Shown here: positions 14,617-22,979 of the stretch, one piece after another
How positions within the stretch are numbered: the stretch's first letter is position 1
Layout of the letters: each line of letters opens with the position of its first letter
Assembly: GCA_963699255.1 (NCBI GenBank)
Contig: OY969425.1
Coordinates: 630,001-662,000, forward strand
Source of the DNA: an uncultured bacterium
Lineage (GTDB): Bacteria > Margulisbacteria > WOR-1 > CAVSGV01
Direction of reading: 5' to 3'
DNA length: 32,000 bases
Made by a program: the position numbers and the translations under genes
Notes under the pieces: generated by a model
What the model was told of the DNA's origin: nothing
Database searches by the model: none
Seen by the model: only the letters and a program-made list of their open reading frames with translations

Positions 14617-16095
14617 CTTTTCTATTATTTCCCTCGCCACTTCCCTGTCATCTATCTGGATCTTGACCCCGTTATAGTCCTGGGCCCTCTCGTGTCCCCT
14701 GCCGGCCAATACGACAGCGTCATCCGCGCCGGCCATGTGAATGGCCTGCTCTATCGCGGTCCTTCTGTCCTCGATCTTCAGGTAATTCTTGCCGTAACCG
14801 CCCCCCGCCCTGACCACTCCTTCTTCTATTTCTTTCATTATCGCTTCAGGGGCTTCCGAATGAGGATCATCGGTAGAGATGTAAGTAAAATCGGCAAGCT
14901 TGACAGCGATCTCCCCCATCACCGGCCTTTTGGCCCTGTCCCTGTCGCCGGGGCAGCCGAAAACAAGGATCATTTTCCCTTTCACGAGCGGCCTTATCGT
15001 CTCAAGAAGCTTCGTCAGGCTGTCCGGTGAATGCGCAAAATCAACTATCAGAGGGAACCTCTGGCCGGCGTGAACCAGTTCAAATCTCCCCGGGATATAT
15101 TTCACTTCTTCAACGGCTTTCTTCATCTGTTCATAGGGCAGATCGAACGCCCTGCCGCAAAGAAGCGCAGCCATGATATTGTACGCGTTGTAGACGCCTA
15201 TAAGATTCGTGTTCATCTTCAGCTTTACGTCATGCGTCTCAAGGTCAAACCTCATGTGTTCCAGGGTCCACTCAAAATTCGACGCTCTCAGGCTCGCGTT
15301 GTTTATGACCCCGTATGTCATTATGCTCCCGTCGATGAACGTCAATATCTTCTTGCCGTAAGGGTCGTCGATGTTCACTATCCCTGTCACGTCCTTCTTA
15401 TGGCCCTTGCCTAATTTCTGAAAAAGCTTCATTTTTGCTTTCAGGTAATTCTGCATGTTCTCGTGAAAATCAAGATGGTCATGCGTCAAATTGGTGTATA
15501 TAGCAACATCAAATTCGCAGCCGTGCGTCCTGTGAAGCTCCAGGGAATGCGAAGAAACCTCCATGACGACATGCGTAACTCCTTCCCTGAGCATTTGTGC
15601 TAGAAGCTCCTGAAGCTCGGAAGATTCGGGCGTGGTCAGTTTTACCGGCAGACCCCTGCCGTTTATCCGCGCCTCCACCGTCCCTATCACGCCGACCTTA
15701 TATCCCGCTTTCCTCAGTATCGCCTCGATAAGGAAGGAAGTTGTCGTCTTGCCGTTTGTCCCCGTGATCCCGATCATCTTCAGATGCCTCGATGGATGGC
15801 CGAAGAAGGCAGAGGCAAGTTCGGCAAGCGCTATACGGGCATTCGGCACAATGACCTTCGTGATACCGTCAGGCAGGTCCATGTCTTTTTCAAGCACCAC
15901 TGTCCTCGCCCCGCGTTCAACCGCTTGAACGGCGTAGCTGGCCCCGTCGGCCTTAAATCCGGGAACGGCGACAAAAAGGCTGTTCGAAACAGCGGACCTT
16001 GAGTCATAAGCGATCCCCGAGACCTCAACTTCAGAGTCCCCGACGATCCTTGTATTTTTTAATGAAAGCAATAGATCTTTAAGTTTCATGGTCAT
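14608..16095 (-). CDS. murE: UDP-N-acetylmuramoyl-L-alanyl-D-glutamate--diamino-acid ligase (MurE)
   Basis: 495 aa. GITGTNGKTTT P-loop, TTPES, EVSSH, NLTHDHLDFH, GRFE, VDFAHSPDSL, VFGCPGDRDRAKRP, LAGRGHE. The specificity motif reads DDPH (14871..14860). Confidence 0.92.
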   Translation of the reverse strand: MTMKLKDLLLSLKNTRIVGDSEVEVSGIAYDSRSAVSNSLFVAVPGFKADGASYAVQAVERGARTVVLEKDMDLPDGITKVIVPNARIALAELASAFFGHPSRHLKMIGITGTNGKTTTSFLIEAILRKAGYKVGVIGTVEARINGRGLPVKLTTPESSELQELLAQMLREGVTHVVMEVSSHSLELHRTHGCEFDVAIYTNLTHDHLDFHENMQNYLKAKMKLFQKLGKGHKKDVTGIVNIDDPYGKKILTFIDGSIMTYGVINNASLRASNFEWTLEHMRFDLETHDVKLKMNTNLIGVYNAYNIMAALLCGRAFDLPYEQMKKAVEEVKYIPGRFELVHAGQRFPLIVDFAHSPDSLTKLLETIRPLVKGKMILVFGCPGDRDRAKRPVMGEIAVKLADFTYISTDDPHSEAPEAIMKEIEEGVVRAGGGYGKNYLKIEDRRTAIEQAIHMAGADDAVVLAGRGHERAQDYNGVKIQIDDREVAREIIEKKR

Positions 16096-17159
16096 TCGGA
16101 TAAGGAATCCGATATTTTCCCCTTTGTCAAAAGGCTCCTGAGTCCCTGGTAAAATGACACACCCTTATCGAAGATAGTATAGCTCACAGGTTCAAATGGC
16201 AGGTCATACGCGCCTATCCAGGACCTGACGGCTCCGTTAAAACCTTTTTTAAATCTATATACCCCGAAAAGCGGATGTTTTTCGTCAGGGCTTGAAGGGA
16301 TACCCCAAAGGTCATACACTTTAATCCCGTTTTCTTTCGCCCATTTTATCAGATGCCAGTGAAGGGCGTGGTTGGGCATGACGTTCCTGTAATCATTGAT
16401 CGATGCTCCGTACATGTACCAGATACGATCCCCGAACCTGAAAGCAAAAAGCGAGGCTACGGGGATGTTCTGATATTCGGCGATAAAAACATTCGCCAGG
16501 CCTCTGTCGATGAGGCATTCCTTCAGCTTAAGGTAATACGACTGCGGATGTATGAGGAAAACATCCCTCTTGCTTGTTTCGCGGTATATCTTATAAAAAG
16601 ACTCGATGCCCTTCCCGGTCGATTCCTCTCTTACTCTAACGCCTTTTTTCTCCGCAAGCCTGATGTTATACCTGGTTTTTTCCTCAAAGCTCATCAGAAG
16701 TTCGTCGAGCCCCTTTGTGAGATCTATAAAATAGGTCGTCCGCGGCTGCACCTGTTTGTGCTTGCGGATAAAACCCCTTTTATTAAGGATATTGACCGCC
16801 GCGGCATCCTTCTCGTCTATCTCGGGATCTATCTTCAACGCGATGGCGTTCCTCAGCGCCGCCTCCACGCACACGCTGTCAACGAGGGCGTTGATCAGTC
16901 CGGGATCGGAGAACGGGACTATGGGGCCCCTGGGAGCATAGAAAAAGTTCTTTTTAACTACGGGGAGTTTCCTGGATAAAATGGACATTCCGGCTTTTAT
17001 CTGGCCGCCGTCCTCCACCGCTACTATGAAATGGTCCCACCCGAGTTTTGACTTGAACTCCCCCCACTCGTAGGACTGGAGTATCTGGCTGTCTTTCTGG
17101 GAGGCAACAAAATCATCCCATGCCGTCCTGTCATTTGCTGTTAACACCCTGACCTGCAT
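16092..17159 (-). CDS. FemAB-family peptidyltransferase (FemX-like, peptidoglycan interpeptide-bridge formation)
   Basis: 355 aa. ...ILQSYEWGEFKSKLGW...FFYAPRGP...YMYGAS...PNHALHWHLIKWAKENG...YDLWGI...GVYRFKKGFNG fits the FemAB / lipid II aminoacyl-transferase family pattern. ATGA overlap with the murE start. Confidence 0.8.
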   Translation of the reverse strand: MQVRVLTANDRTAWDDFVASQKDSQILQSYEWGEFKSKLGWDHFIVAVEDGGQIKAGMSILSRKLPVVKKNFFYAPRGPIVPFSDPGLINALVDSVCVEAALRNAIALKIDPEIDEKDAAAVNILNKRGFIRKHKQVQPRTTYFIDLTKGLDELLMSFEEKTRYNIRLAEKKGVRVREESTGKGIESFYKIYRETSKRDVFLIHPQSYYLKLKECLIDRGLANVFIAEYQNIPVASLFAFRFGDRIWYMYGASINDYRNVMPNHALHWHLIKWAKENGIKVYDLWGIPSSPDEKHPLFGVYRFKKGFNGAVRSWIGAYDLPFEPVSYTIFDKGVSFYQGLRSLLTKGKISDSLSE

Positions 17160-17188
17160 AATAAGGCGATTTTATCATACCTAAAAAA

Positions 17189-17230
17189 GAGATGCGAGAT
17201 GAGAGATGGGAGATGAGATAAAAGATGTGA
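17189..17230 (+). repeat. tandem heptanucleotide repeat (GAGATGN)x4 plus 2 degenerate units
   Basis: GAGATGC GAGATGA GAGATGG GAGATGA GATAAAA GATGTGA, running straight into the TATAAT box. The first 25 nt match 14553..14577 with 2 mismatches. Confidence 0.85.
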
Positions 17231-17236
17231 TATAAT
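17228..17236 (+). promoter_or_regulatory. extended -10 promoter element (TGaTATAAT)
   Basis: TGATATAAT at 17228..17236. ATG 17244 starts 7 nt after the hexamer, with no SD, so the transcript may be leaderless. Confidence 0.45.
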
Positions 17237-17243
17237 CAATAGC

Positions 17244-17807
17244 ATGATCTTGGTAATCGACAACTATGATTCATTCACTTATAACCTGGTCCAATATCTG
17301 GGCGAGCTCGGGGCTGAACTTCAAACCTACAGGAACGACAAAATAACCATTGACGAGATAAAGAAGCTGAACCCCGAAAAGATCCTCATCTCTCCCGGCC
17401 CCGGCTATCCGAAAGACGCTGGAATAAGCATCCCTTTAGTAAAGGAGTTCGCGGGCAAGGTCCCGATCCTCGGGGTTTGCCTGGGGCATCAGGCCATCGG
17501 GGAAGCTTTCGGGGGGCATATTGTCCAGGCGAAACGCTTTATGCACGGAAAAACATCACAGATCCATCACGACGGAAAAACGATATTCAAGGGGCTTCCG
17601 GATCCGTTCACCGCAACAAGATACCACTCTCTGCTGGTTGAAAAAGCAAGCCTGCCTGACTGCCTTGAGATAAGCGCCTGGACGGACCAGGACGAGATAA
17701 TGGGATTAAGGCACAAGGAATACAAGGTGGAGGGCATTCAATTCCATCCTGAATCGATACTGACCACTGAAGGGAAAAAGCTTCTTAAGAACTTCTTGTC
17801 CCTTTAG
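17244..17807 (+). CDS. aminodeoxychorismate/anthranilate synthase component II (class I glutamine amidotransferase)
   Basis: 187 aa. [33 protein letters not shown] (catalytic Cys), [13 protein letters not shown]. No component I gene lies in the window. Confidence 0.92.
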   Translation: MILVIDNYDSFTYNLVQYLGELGAELQTYRNDKITIDEIKKLNPEKILISPGPGYPKDAGISIPLVKEFAGKVPILGVCLGHQAIGEAFGGHIVQAKRFMHGKTSQIHHDGKTIFKGLPDPFTATRYHSLLVEKASLPDCLEISAWTDQDEIMGLRHKEYKVEGIQFHPESILTTEGKKLLKNFLSL

Positions 17808-18051
17808 GTTTTTCCGGCTTGCTTTCCTTTTTGACTTCCGGCAGCTTGCCCGCAGGTTTTGTTTCGTGGAGTCCATCCTTCCTGTAATCGTTCACATAGA
17901 AGCCGGACCCCTTGAACACGATACCGGAAGAAGATATCAGGCGTTTAACATCCCTGCCGCATTTGGGGCACTTTGAGAACGGTTTTTCCTTTATGCTTTG
18001 TTCGACTTCGAATATTCCGCAGTGAGCGCACTTATAATCGTAAAGAGGCAT
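17785..18051 (-). CDS. FmdB-family zinc-ribbon protein
   Basis: [16 protein letters not shown]...KCPKCG...VKRLISS is the CxxC...CxxC FmdB/Zn-ribbon signature, followed by a Lys/Pro-rich tail. The 3' end overlaps the amidotransferase gene by 23 nt (convergent). Confidence 0.85.
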   Translation of the reverse strand: MPLYDYKCAHCGIFEVEQSIKEKPFSKCPKCGRDVKRLISSSGIVFKGSGFYVNDYRKDGLHETKPAGKLPEVKKESKPEKPKGTRSS

Positions 18052-18054
18052 AGG

Positions 18055-18086
18055 TCAGAATATCAGGAAATCAGAAGATCAGGGAA
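18055..18086. repeat. tandem octanucleotide repeat (TCAGRRRA)x4
   Basis: TCAGAATA TCAGGAAA TCAGAAGA TCAGGGAA, filling the serS-fmdB spacer and ending 3 nt from the fmdB ATG (minus strand). Confidence 0.8.
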
Positions 18087-18096
18087 GACGATCTGA

Positions 18097-19368
18097 TTAC
18101 TTGATTATCTTCACACCTCCCAGGTAGCTTATGAGAACGTCAGGGACCTTGATGGAGCCGTCGGGCTCCTGATAGTTCTCGAGGATCGCCGCGAATGTGC
18201 GCCCCACAGCCAGTCCGGACCCGTTCAAAGTATGAACGTACTCCGGTTTTGATTTCGCGTCCCTCCTGAACTTTATGTTGGCCCTCCTGGCCTGAAAATC
18301 CTCAAAGTTGGAACATGATGATATCTCCCTGTACCTGTTCTCCGAGGGGAACCAGACCTCGATGTCGTATGTCTTGGCGGCGGAAAACCCCAGGTCGCCG
18401 GTGCACAGGACAACTACCCTGTACGGCAAACCGAGCTTCTGGAGTATCTTCTCCGCGTCAGCCGTAAGACTCTCCAGTTCCTCATATGACTTTGACGGCT
18501 CGACGAATTTTACTATCTCAACTTTATTGAACTGGTGCTGGCGGATAAGCCCTTTGACGTCCTTTCCGTAGCTTCCGGCTTCGCGCCTGAAGCAGGGAGT
18601 ATAAGCGACATATTTTATGGGCAGCTTGTCTCCCGGAAGTATCTCTTCCCTGTGGATATTCGTTACCGGGACTTCCGCTGTAGGCGCGAGATAAAGGTCG
18701 TCGCTGCACTTATACAGGTCGTCAGCGAATTTCGGGAGCTGTCCTGTTCCGACGGCGCACTCAGCCGATACCAGGAACGGCGGTATGACCTCTGTGTACC
18801 CGTTCTCGTTCGTCTGGACATCGCGCATGAAATTAACGAGACCCCATTCAAGTTTAGCGCCAAGCCCCCTGTAAACGGTGAACCTGGAGCCAGCGATCTT
18901 CGCGCCCTGGGCCGCGCTGATGATCCCGAGCTTCTCCCCTAACTCATCGTGAGGTTTGGGTTGAAAATTGAATTTCTTGATCTGCCCCCATTTTCTCATT
19001 TCGACATTTTGCGAAGAATCTTTGCCGACGGGAACGCTCTCGTGAGGTATGTTCGGGAAGCAGAGAGAGATATCGTTCAGCTCGGAAGAAAGCTTCTTCA
19101 GCTGTTCTTCTTTCTTTGATATGTCCCTGTCGATCTCCTGTACCTGGGCCACCAGATAAGTGACGTCATCTTTTTCCCTTTTAAGTCTGGCGACATCCGC
19201 GGATAATTTATTCTTCTGGCCCTTCATCTGTTCCACGTCAAAAGTAAGCTGTCTCCATTTCTGGTCGATCGATATCAGCTTGTCGGCAAGAGAGGGATCC
19301 ATGCCCCTGTTATCAAGGGCACATTTCACGGCACCGGGGTCATCGCGAAGCAGTTTCGGGTCTAACAT
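18097..19368 (-). CDS. serS: serine--tRNA ligase
   Basis: 423 aa. MLDPKLLRDDP, an N-terminal coiled-coil arm, and class II motifs (FRREAGSYGKD, RQHQFNKVE, GSGLAVGRT). Confidence 0.95.
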   Translation of the reverse strand: MLDPKLLRDDPGAVKCALDNRGMDPSLADKLISIDQKWRQLTFDVEQMKGQKNKLSADVARLKREKDDVTYLVAQVQEIDRDISKKEEQLKKLSSELNDISLCFPNIPHESVPVGKDSSQNVEMRKWGQIKKFNFQPKPHDELGEKLGIISAAQGAKIAGSRFTVYRGLGAKLEWGLVNFMRDVQTNENGYTEVIPPFLVSAECAVGTGQLPKFADDLYKCSDDLYLAPTAEVPVTNIHREEILPGDKLPIKYVAYTPCFRREAGSYGKDVKGLIRQHQFNKVEIVKFVEPSKSYEELESLTADAEKILQKLGLPYRVVVLCTGDLGFSAAKTYDIEVWFPSENRYREISSCSNFEDFQARRANIKFRRDAKSKPEYVHTLNGSGLAVGRTFAAILENYQEPDGSIKVPDVLISYLGGVKIIK

Positions 19369-19445
19369 GGCGGAATTATACTCCCTTTCTCACTTTGATT
19401 TCATTGGATTTTGTGATCTCCACTAAATAACCTTTTTTAAGGAGT

Positions 19446-20744
19446 TCATCTCTTATTTCGTCGGATCTTTTGTAGTCCTTTTTTGACCTTGCCGACTTGA
19501 TCTCCGATGCCAGATTCTTGGATCTCTTCCGGCAGTTCTTTTAGCTGGACATTTAGCCCAAGTACATCGATAACCATCTCTTCGAAAAGTCCGGTAGCCT
19601 GGGCCCAGATATCAGGAGAAGCATTATCCCGGCCGTTCAGCTCGAATATAATGTCGCAGAGCTTGAAAACTGAAGCCAGAGCTTCAGCTGTATTGAAATC
19701 ATTGTCCATTGATCTGATGAAATCCGCTTTGACCGCTTTAAGTTCTTTATCGCTGACGTCTTCTTTTCCGCATGAAGCATGCTCGCGTACTATGAAGAGG
19801 GCGCTGATCAGTCTGTCAAGCCCGCCCTTCGCGTTCTCAAGGTCGGCATCAGAGAAATTGATCGGGCTTCTGTAGTGGGTCGACAAAAGATAGAACCTGA
19901 TCAACATGGGATTGAATTTCGCGAAAATATCCCGAAGAGTGAAGAAATTGCCGAGCGACTTTGACATCTTCTCGGAATTTACGTTGACGAACCCGTTGTG
20001 TATCCAGTATCTGGCGAAAGGCTTGCCTGTGTAGCACTCCGCCTGGGCTATCTCGTTCTCGTGGTGCGGGAATACCAGGTCCAATCCTCCGCCATGAATA
20101 TCAAGAGTATCAACGCCAGCTTCTTTAAGTGACATCACTGAACATTCGATATGCCAGCCTGGCCTTCCTTTTCCCCACGGCGAATCCCAGCTCGGCTCCC
20201 CCTCTTTCGCGGATTTCCATAGAGCAAAATCAAGAGGAGCTTTCTTTCTCTCATCCACAGCGACCCGCGCGCCCTCTTTCAGGTCATCAAGTTTTCTCTT
20301 CGAGAGCTTTCCGTAATCTTTGAACTTGGCCACTTCAAAGTAAACATCACCTTCAATAATATACGCGTATCCTTTCTTCACCAGACCTTCGATAACCCTG
20401 ATCATTTCCTTGATATGCTCTGTCGCTTTGGGGTAAAAGTCCGCTTTTTTGACGTTCAGCTTATCCATCACCTCAAAGTAAGAAGCTATATATTTCTCCG
20501 TGATCTTCCTGCACAGTTCGCTCACGGCTAACGGCTTACCGCTGACGGCATCTATCCCGTCAGCCGATTGCCGTAAGCTGTTTGCTTTGTTGATTATCTT
20601 GTCATCGATATCGGTGATGTTCTGTATATATTTGACCTTATAGCCCGAATATTTAAGGTACCGGCGGATAACATCAAACACCACATAAGCCCTTCCATGT
20701 CCAAGGTGCGTCTCGTCATAAGGGGTGATGCCGCAGACATACAT
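19446..20744 (-). CDS. cysS: cysteine--tRNA ligase (central ORF; both termini displaced by frameshifts, corrected span about 19376..20818)
   Basis: MYVCGITPYDETHLGHGRAY (HIGH motif), WHIECS, KMSKSLGNF (KMSKS motif). The N-terminal 25 codons and C-terminal roughly 45 codons are found in other frames; see the findings. Confidence 0.92.
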   Translation of the reverse strand: MYVCGITPYDETHLGHGRAYVVFDVIRRYLKYSGYKVKYIQNITDIDDKIINKANSLRQSADGIDAVSGKPLAVSELCRKITEKYIASYFEVMDKLNVKKADFYPKATEHIKEMIRVIEGLVKKGYAYIIEGDVYFEVAKFKDYGKLSKRKLDDLKEGARVAVDERKKAPLDFALWKSAKEGEPSWDSPWGKGRPGWHIECSVMSLKEAGVDTLDIHGGGLDLVFPHHENEIAQAECYTGKPFARYWIHNGFVNVNSEKMSKSLGNFFTLRDIFAKFNPMLIRFYLLSTHYRSPINFSDADLENAKGGLDRLISALFIVREHASCGKEDVSDKELKAVKADFIRSMDNDFNTAEALASVFKLCDIIFELNGRDNASPDIWAQATGLFEEMVIDVLGLNVQLKELPEEIQESGIGDQVGKVKKGLQKIRRNKR

Positions 20745-20817
20745 GCTGACATTTGGCGGGTTCAGAGGCTCAAATATCTGATCGTCCCTGGTTAAAGTGT
20801 TGTAAATTTTAGCGGCA

Positions 20818-21426
20818 TTATTTCTTCAGCATCGATTCGAGTCTTGCAATGCGCTGGTTCATATCATCCAAAGCTTTTCCGACCGGGTCAGGAAGCTCTC
20901 CGTGCGCCAGAGGCTCTATCTTCCTGCCCTCGAGCACTACGATCCTCGCCGGATTGCCGACAACGGTCGATTTCGCGGGGACCGATTTCGTGACAACAGC
21001 TCCGGCCCCTATTCTAGCATTGTCCCCTATATGTATATTGCCAAGTATTATGGATTCAGCGCCAATAACAACTCCGTTGCCGATAGTAGGATGACGTTTG
21101 CCTTTTTCCGCGCCGGTGCCACCCAGTGTGACACCCTGATAGATCGTCACATCGTCGCCGACAACAGCCGTTTCACCTATAACTACTCCAACACCATGAT
21201 CGATAAAGCACCTTTTGCCGATCTTCGCGCCGGGATGGATCTCGATCAAAGTAGAAAGCCTGCTGACCTGGGAAATAAAACGGGGAATTACGGGTATCTT
21301 AAGGTTGTAAAGAAAATGAGCAACGTTGTGAAACCATAATGCCCATAATCCCTGGTACATCAATACTTCAAAAATATTGCCGGCTGCCGGGTCCCTTTCA
21401 AATACCGCTCTTATTCCATCGAACAT
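20818..21426 (-). CDS. cysE: serine O-acetyltransferase
   Basis: 202 aa. FERDPAA, left-handed beta-helix hexapeptide repeats ([41 protein letters not shown]), [14 protein letters not shown]. Confidence 0.92.
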   Translation of the reverse strand: MFDGIRAVFERDPAAGNIFEVLMYQGLWALWFHNVAHFLYNLKIPVIPRFISQVSRLSTLIEIHPGAKIGKRCFIDHGVGVVIGETAVVGDDVTIYQGVTLGGTGAEKGKRHPTIGNGVVIGAESIILGNIHIGDNARIGAGAVVTKSVPAKSTVVGNPARIVVLEGRKIEPLAHGELPDPVGKALDDMNQRIARLESMLKK

Positions 21427-21442
21427 AAATTAACTCCTTTAC

Positions 21443-21970
21443 TTACCTGTCGAAAAAGGGATTCTTTCCTGTTACGGAAAGAGGTATTCCCATCGCTATT
21501 TTAACATCATTTCCCAGAAGACCAAGCTCCACCGCCGCCTTTCCTATCGAGTTCATCAGGCGGTTATCCGTCCTGTGGTCCATCGCAACGCTCAATGCCG
21601 AACCCAATGCGATCCCAAGGTCGATCGTATTGAACGCGCAAACAGCTTCTTTCGGCTTTGATTCACAATCCTTGTATCCGCAATGTCCGCACGCCTTGAT
21701 GCCAAGGATGCCAAGTTTCGTGCCTATCAGGACAACATGGCTTACACCCTTTAGATTTCTCGAGTCCCTCCTGAACGATTCCGATCCGCCCTGTTTCTCC
21801 CTGATCTCAAGCATCTTTTTCGCGAGCTTGCCTACCGTTTCATCCTTTGCTATCGCGGTTACGATATTATCAACGCCCTTTGTCTTTGGCGCCGTGCGCG
21901 CGGCAACGCACATGTCTTCGGCGATATGGTCCAAAGCTTTTTCCTTGAGATCAGGTTCTTTGATAAGCAA
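21443..21970 (-). CDS. DUF2148 (COG4739-like) ferredoxin-domain protein
   Basis: 175 aa. ...VAARTAPKTKGVD...ACGHCGYKDCE...CAFNTIDLGIALGSA matches my recollection of the DUF2148 family. Function unknown. Confidence 0.7.
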   Translation of the reverse strand: MLIKEPDLKEKALDHIAEDMCVAARTAPKTKGVDNIVTAIAKDETVGKLAKKMLEIREKQGGSESFRRDSRNLKGVSHVVLIGTKLGILGIKACGHCGYKDCESKPKEAVCAFNTIDLGIALGSALSVAMDHRTDNRLMNSIGKAAVELGLLGNDVKIAMGIPLSVTGKNPFFDR

Positions 21971-22972
21971 TCAGATCGCCTCCGCCATTTTCCTCAAGAG
22001 TTCAAGTTGCTGGGACGTGCCAAGCGCCACCATCACGTCTCCGTGACCGATGACAGTAGTGGCCCCCGGTTGAAGATTGAATTTACCCGTTCCCTGCTTT
22101 ATCGCAAGGATCGTTGACCCTGTTTTCTGCTTTATCTCGAGTTCGGACAGCGTCTTTCCGATGAGCTTTGAGCCGTCATCGATCCTGTATTCCTCAAGCT
22201 CCAGCTCCACATTCTCACTGCGCATCACCATATCAAGGAAATCTACCGCCACGGGACGCAGCGCCATGGAAGCCATCCGGTTCCCGGCGATAAAATAAGG
22301 AGAGATCACCCTGTTCGCACCAGCTCTTCTCATTTTCGCTTCCGTGACGATAGTTGACGACCTCGCGACTATATACAGGTCCGGGTTCATTTCGCGGGCG
22401 GATAAAGTAACATACACGTTCGCCGTATCCGAGTCCGCACAGGCGATAAGCCCCTTTGCCTTCATTATGCTAGCTGACTCCAGGATCTCATCCGCCGCCA
22501 TGTCGCCTATGATGCACGGGATATTCTTGTCACCCAGTTCGGATGCGGTCTCAGGTTTGCTGTCCACCACGATGTAAGAAACCTTCTCGGCATCGAACTC
22601 TTTCGCGACCTGGTGCCCCACCCTGCCGTATCCGCAGATAATATAATGCCCCCTTAACTCCGAGATCTGTTTTTGCATGCTTCTCATCCTCCTGTATCCG
22701 ACTATTTGGCCTTCAACCATCATTTCAACCAGCTGACCTACCGTATAACCCACCGTGCCGACGCCGAAAATGATCAGGCCCATCGTTATCAGCCTGCCGG
22801 CATCGGAGAGCTCGTGCACTTCCCTGAAACCGACCGTCGCAAGCGTGATAGTGACCATATAAGCGGCATCAAGGAATCTCCAGTGCTCTATGAGCGTATA
22901 TCCTTCAAGAGCAAGGGTGATTATCACGACCAGCACGATTATCGGCGGTATTATCCTTCTTAATGGGTTCAT
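21971..22972 (-). CDS. two-TM ion channel with cytoplasmic RCK domains (TrkA-N plus TrkA-C)
   Basis: 333 aa. TM1, then pore helix and filter TLATVGFRE, then TM2. A Rossmann GYGRVGHQVAKEF (TrkA-N) follows, and a C-terminal TrkA-C (LIGKTLSELEIKQKTGSTILAIK). Confidence 0.88.
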   Translation of the reverse strand: MNPLRRIIPPIIVLVVIITLALEGYTLIEHWRFLDAAYMVTITLATVGFREVHELSDAGRLITMGLIIFGVGTVGYTVGQLVEMMVEGQIVGYRRMRSMQKQISELRGHYIICGYGRVGHQVAKEFDAEKVSYIVVDSKPETASELGDKNIPCIIGDMAADEILESASIMKAKGLIACADSDTANVYVTLSAREMNPDLYIVARSSTIVTEAKMRRAGANRVISPYFIAGNRMASMALRPVAVDFLDMVMRSENVELELEEYRIDDGSKLIGKTLSELEIKQKTGSTILAIKQGTGKFNLQPGATTVIGHGDVMVALGTSQQLELLRKMAEAI

Positions 22973-22979
22973 GGCTGTT

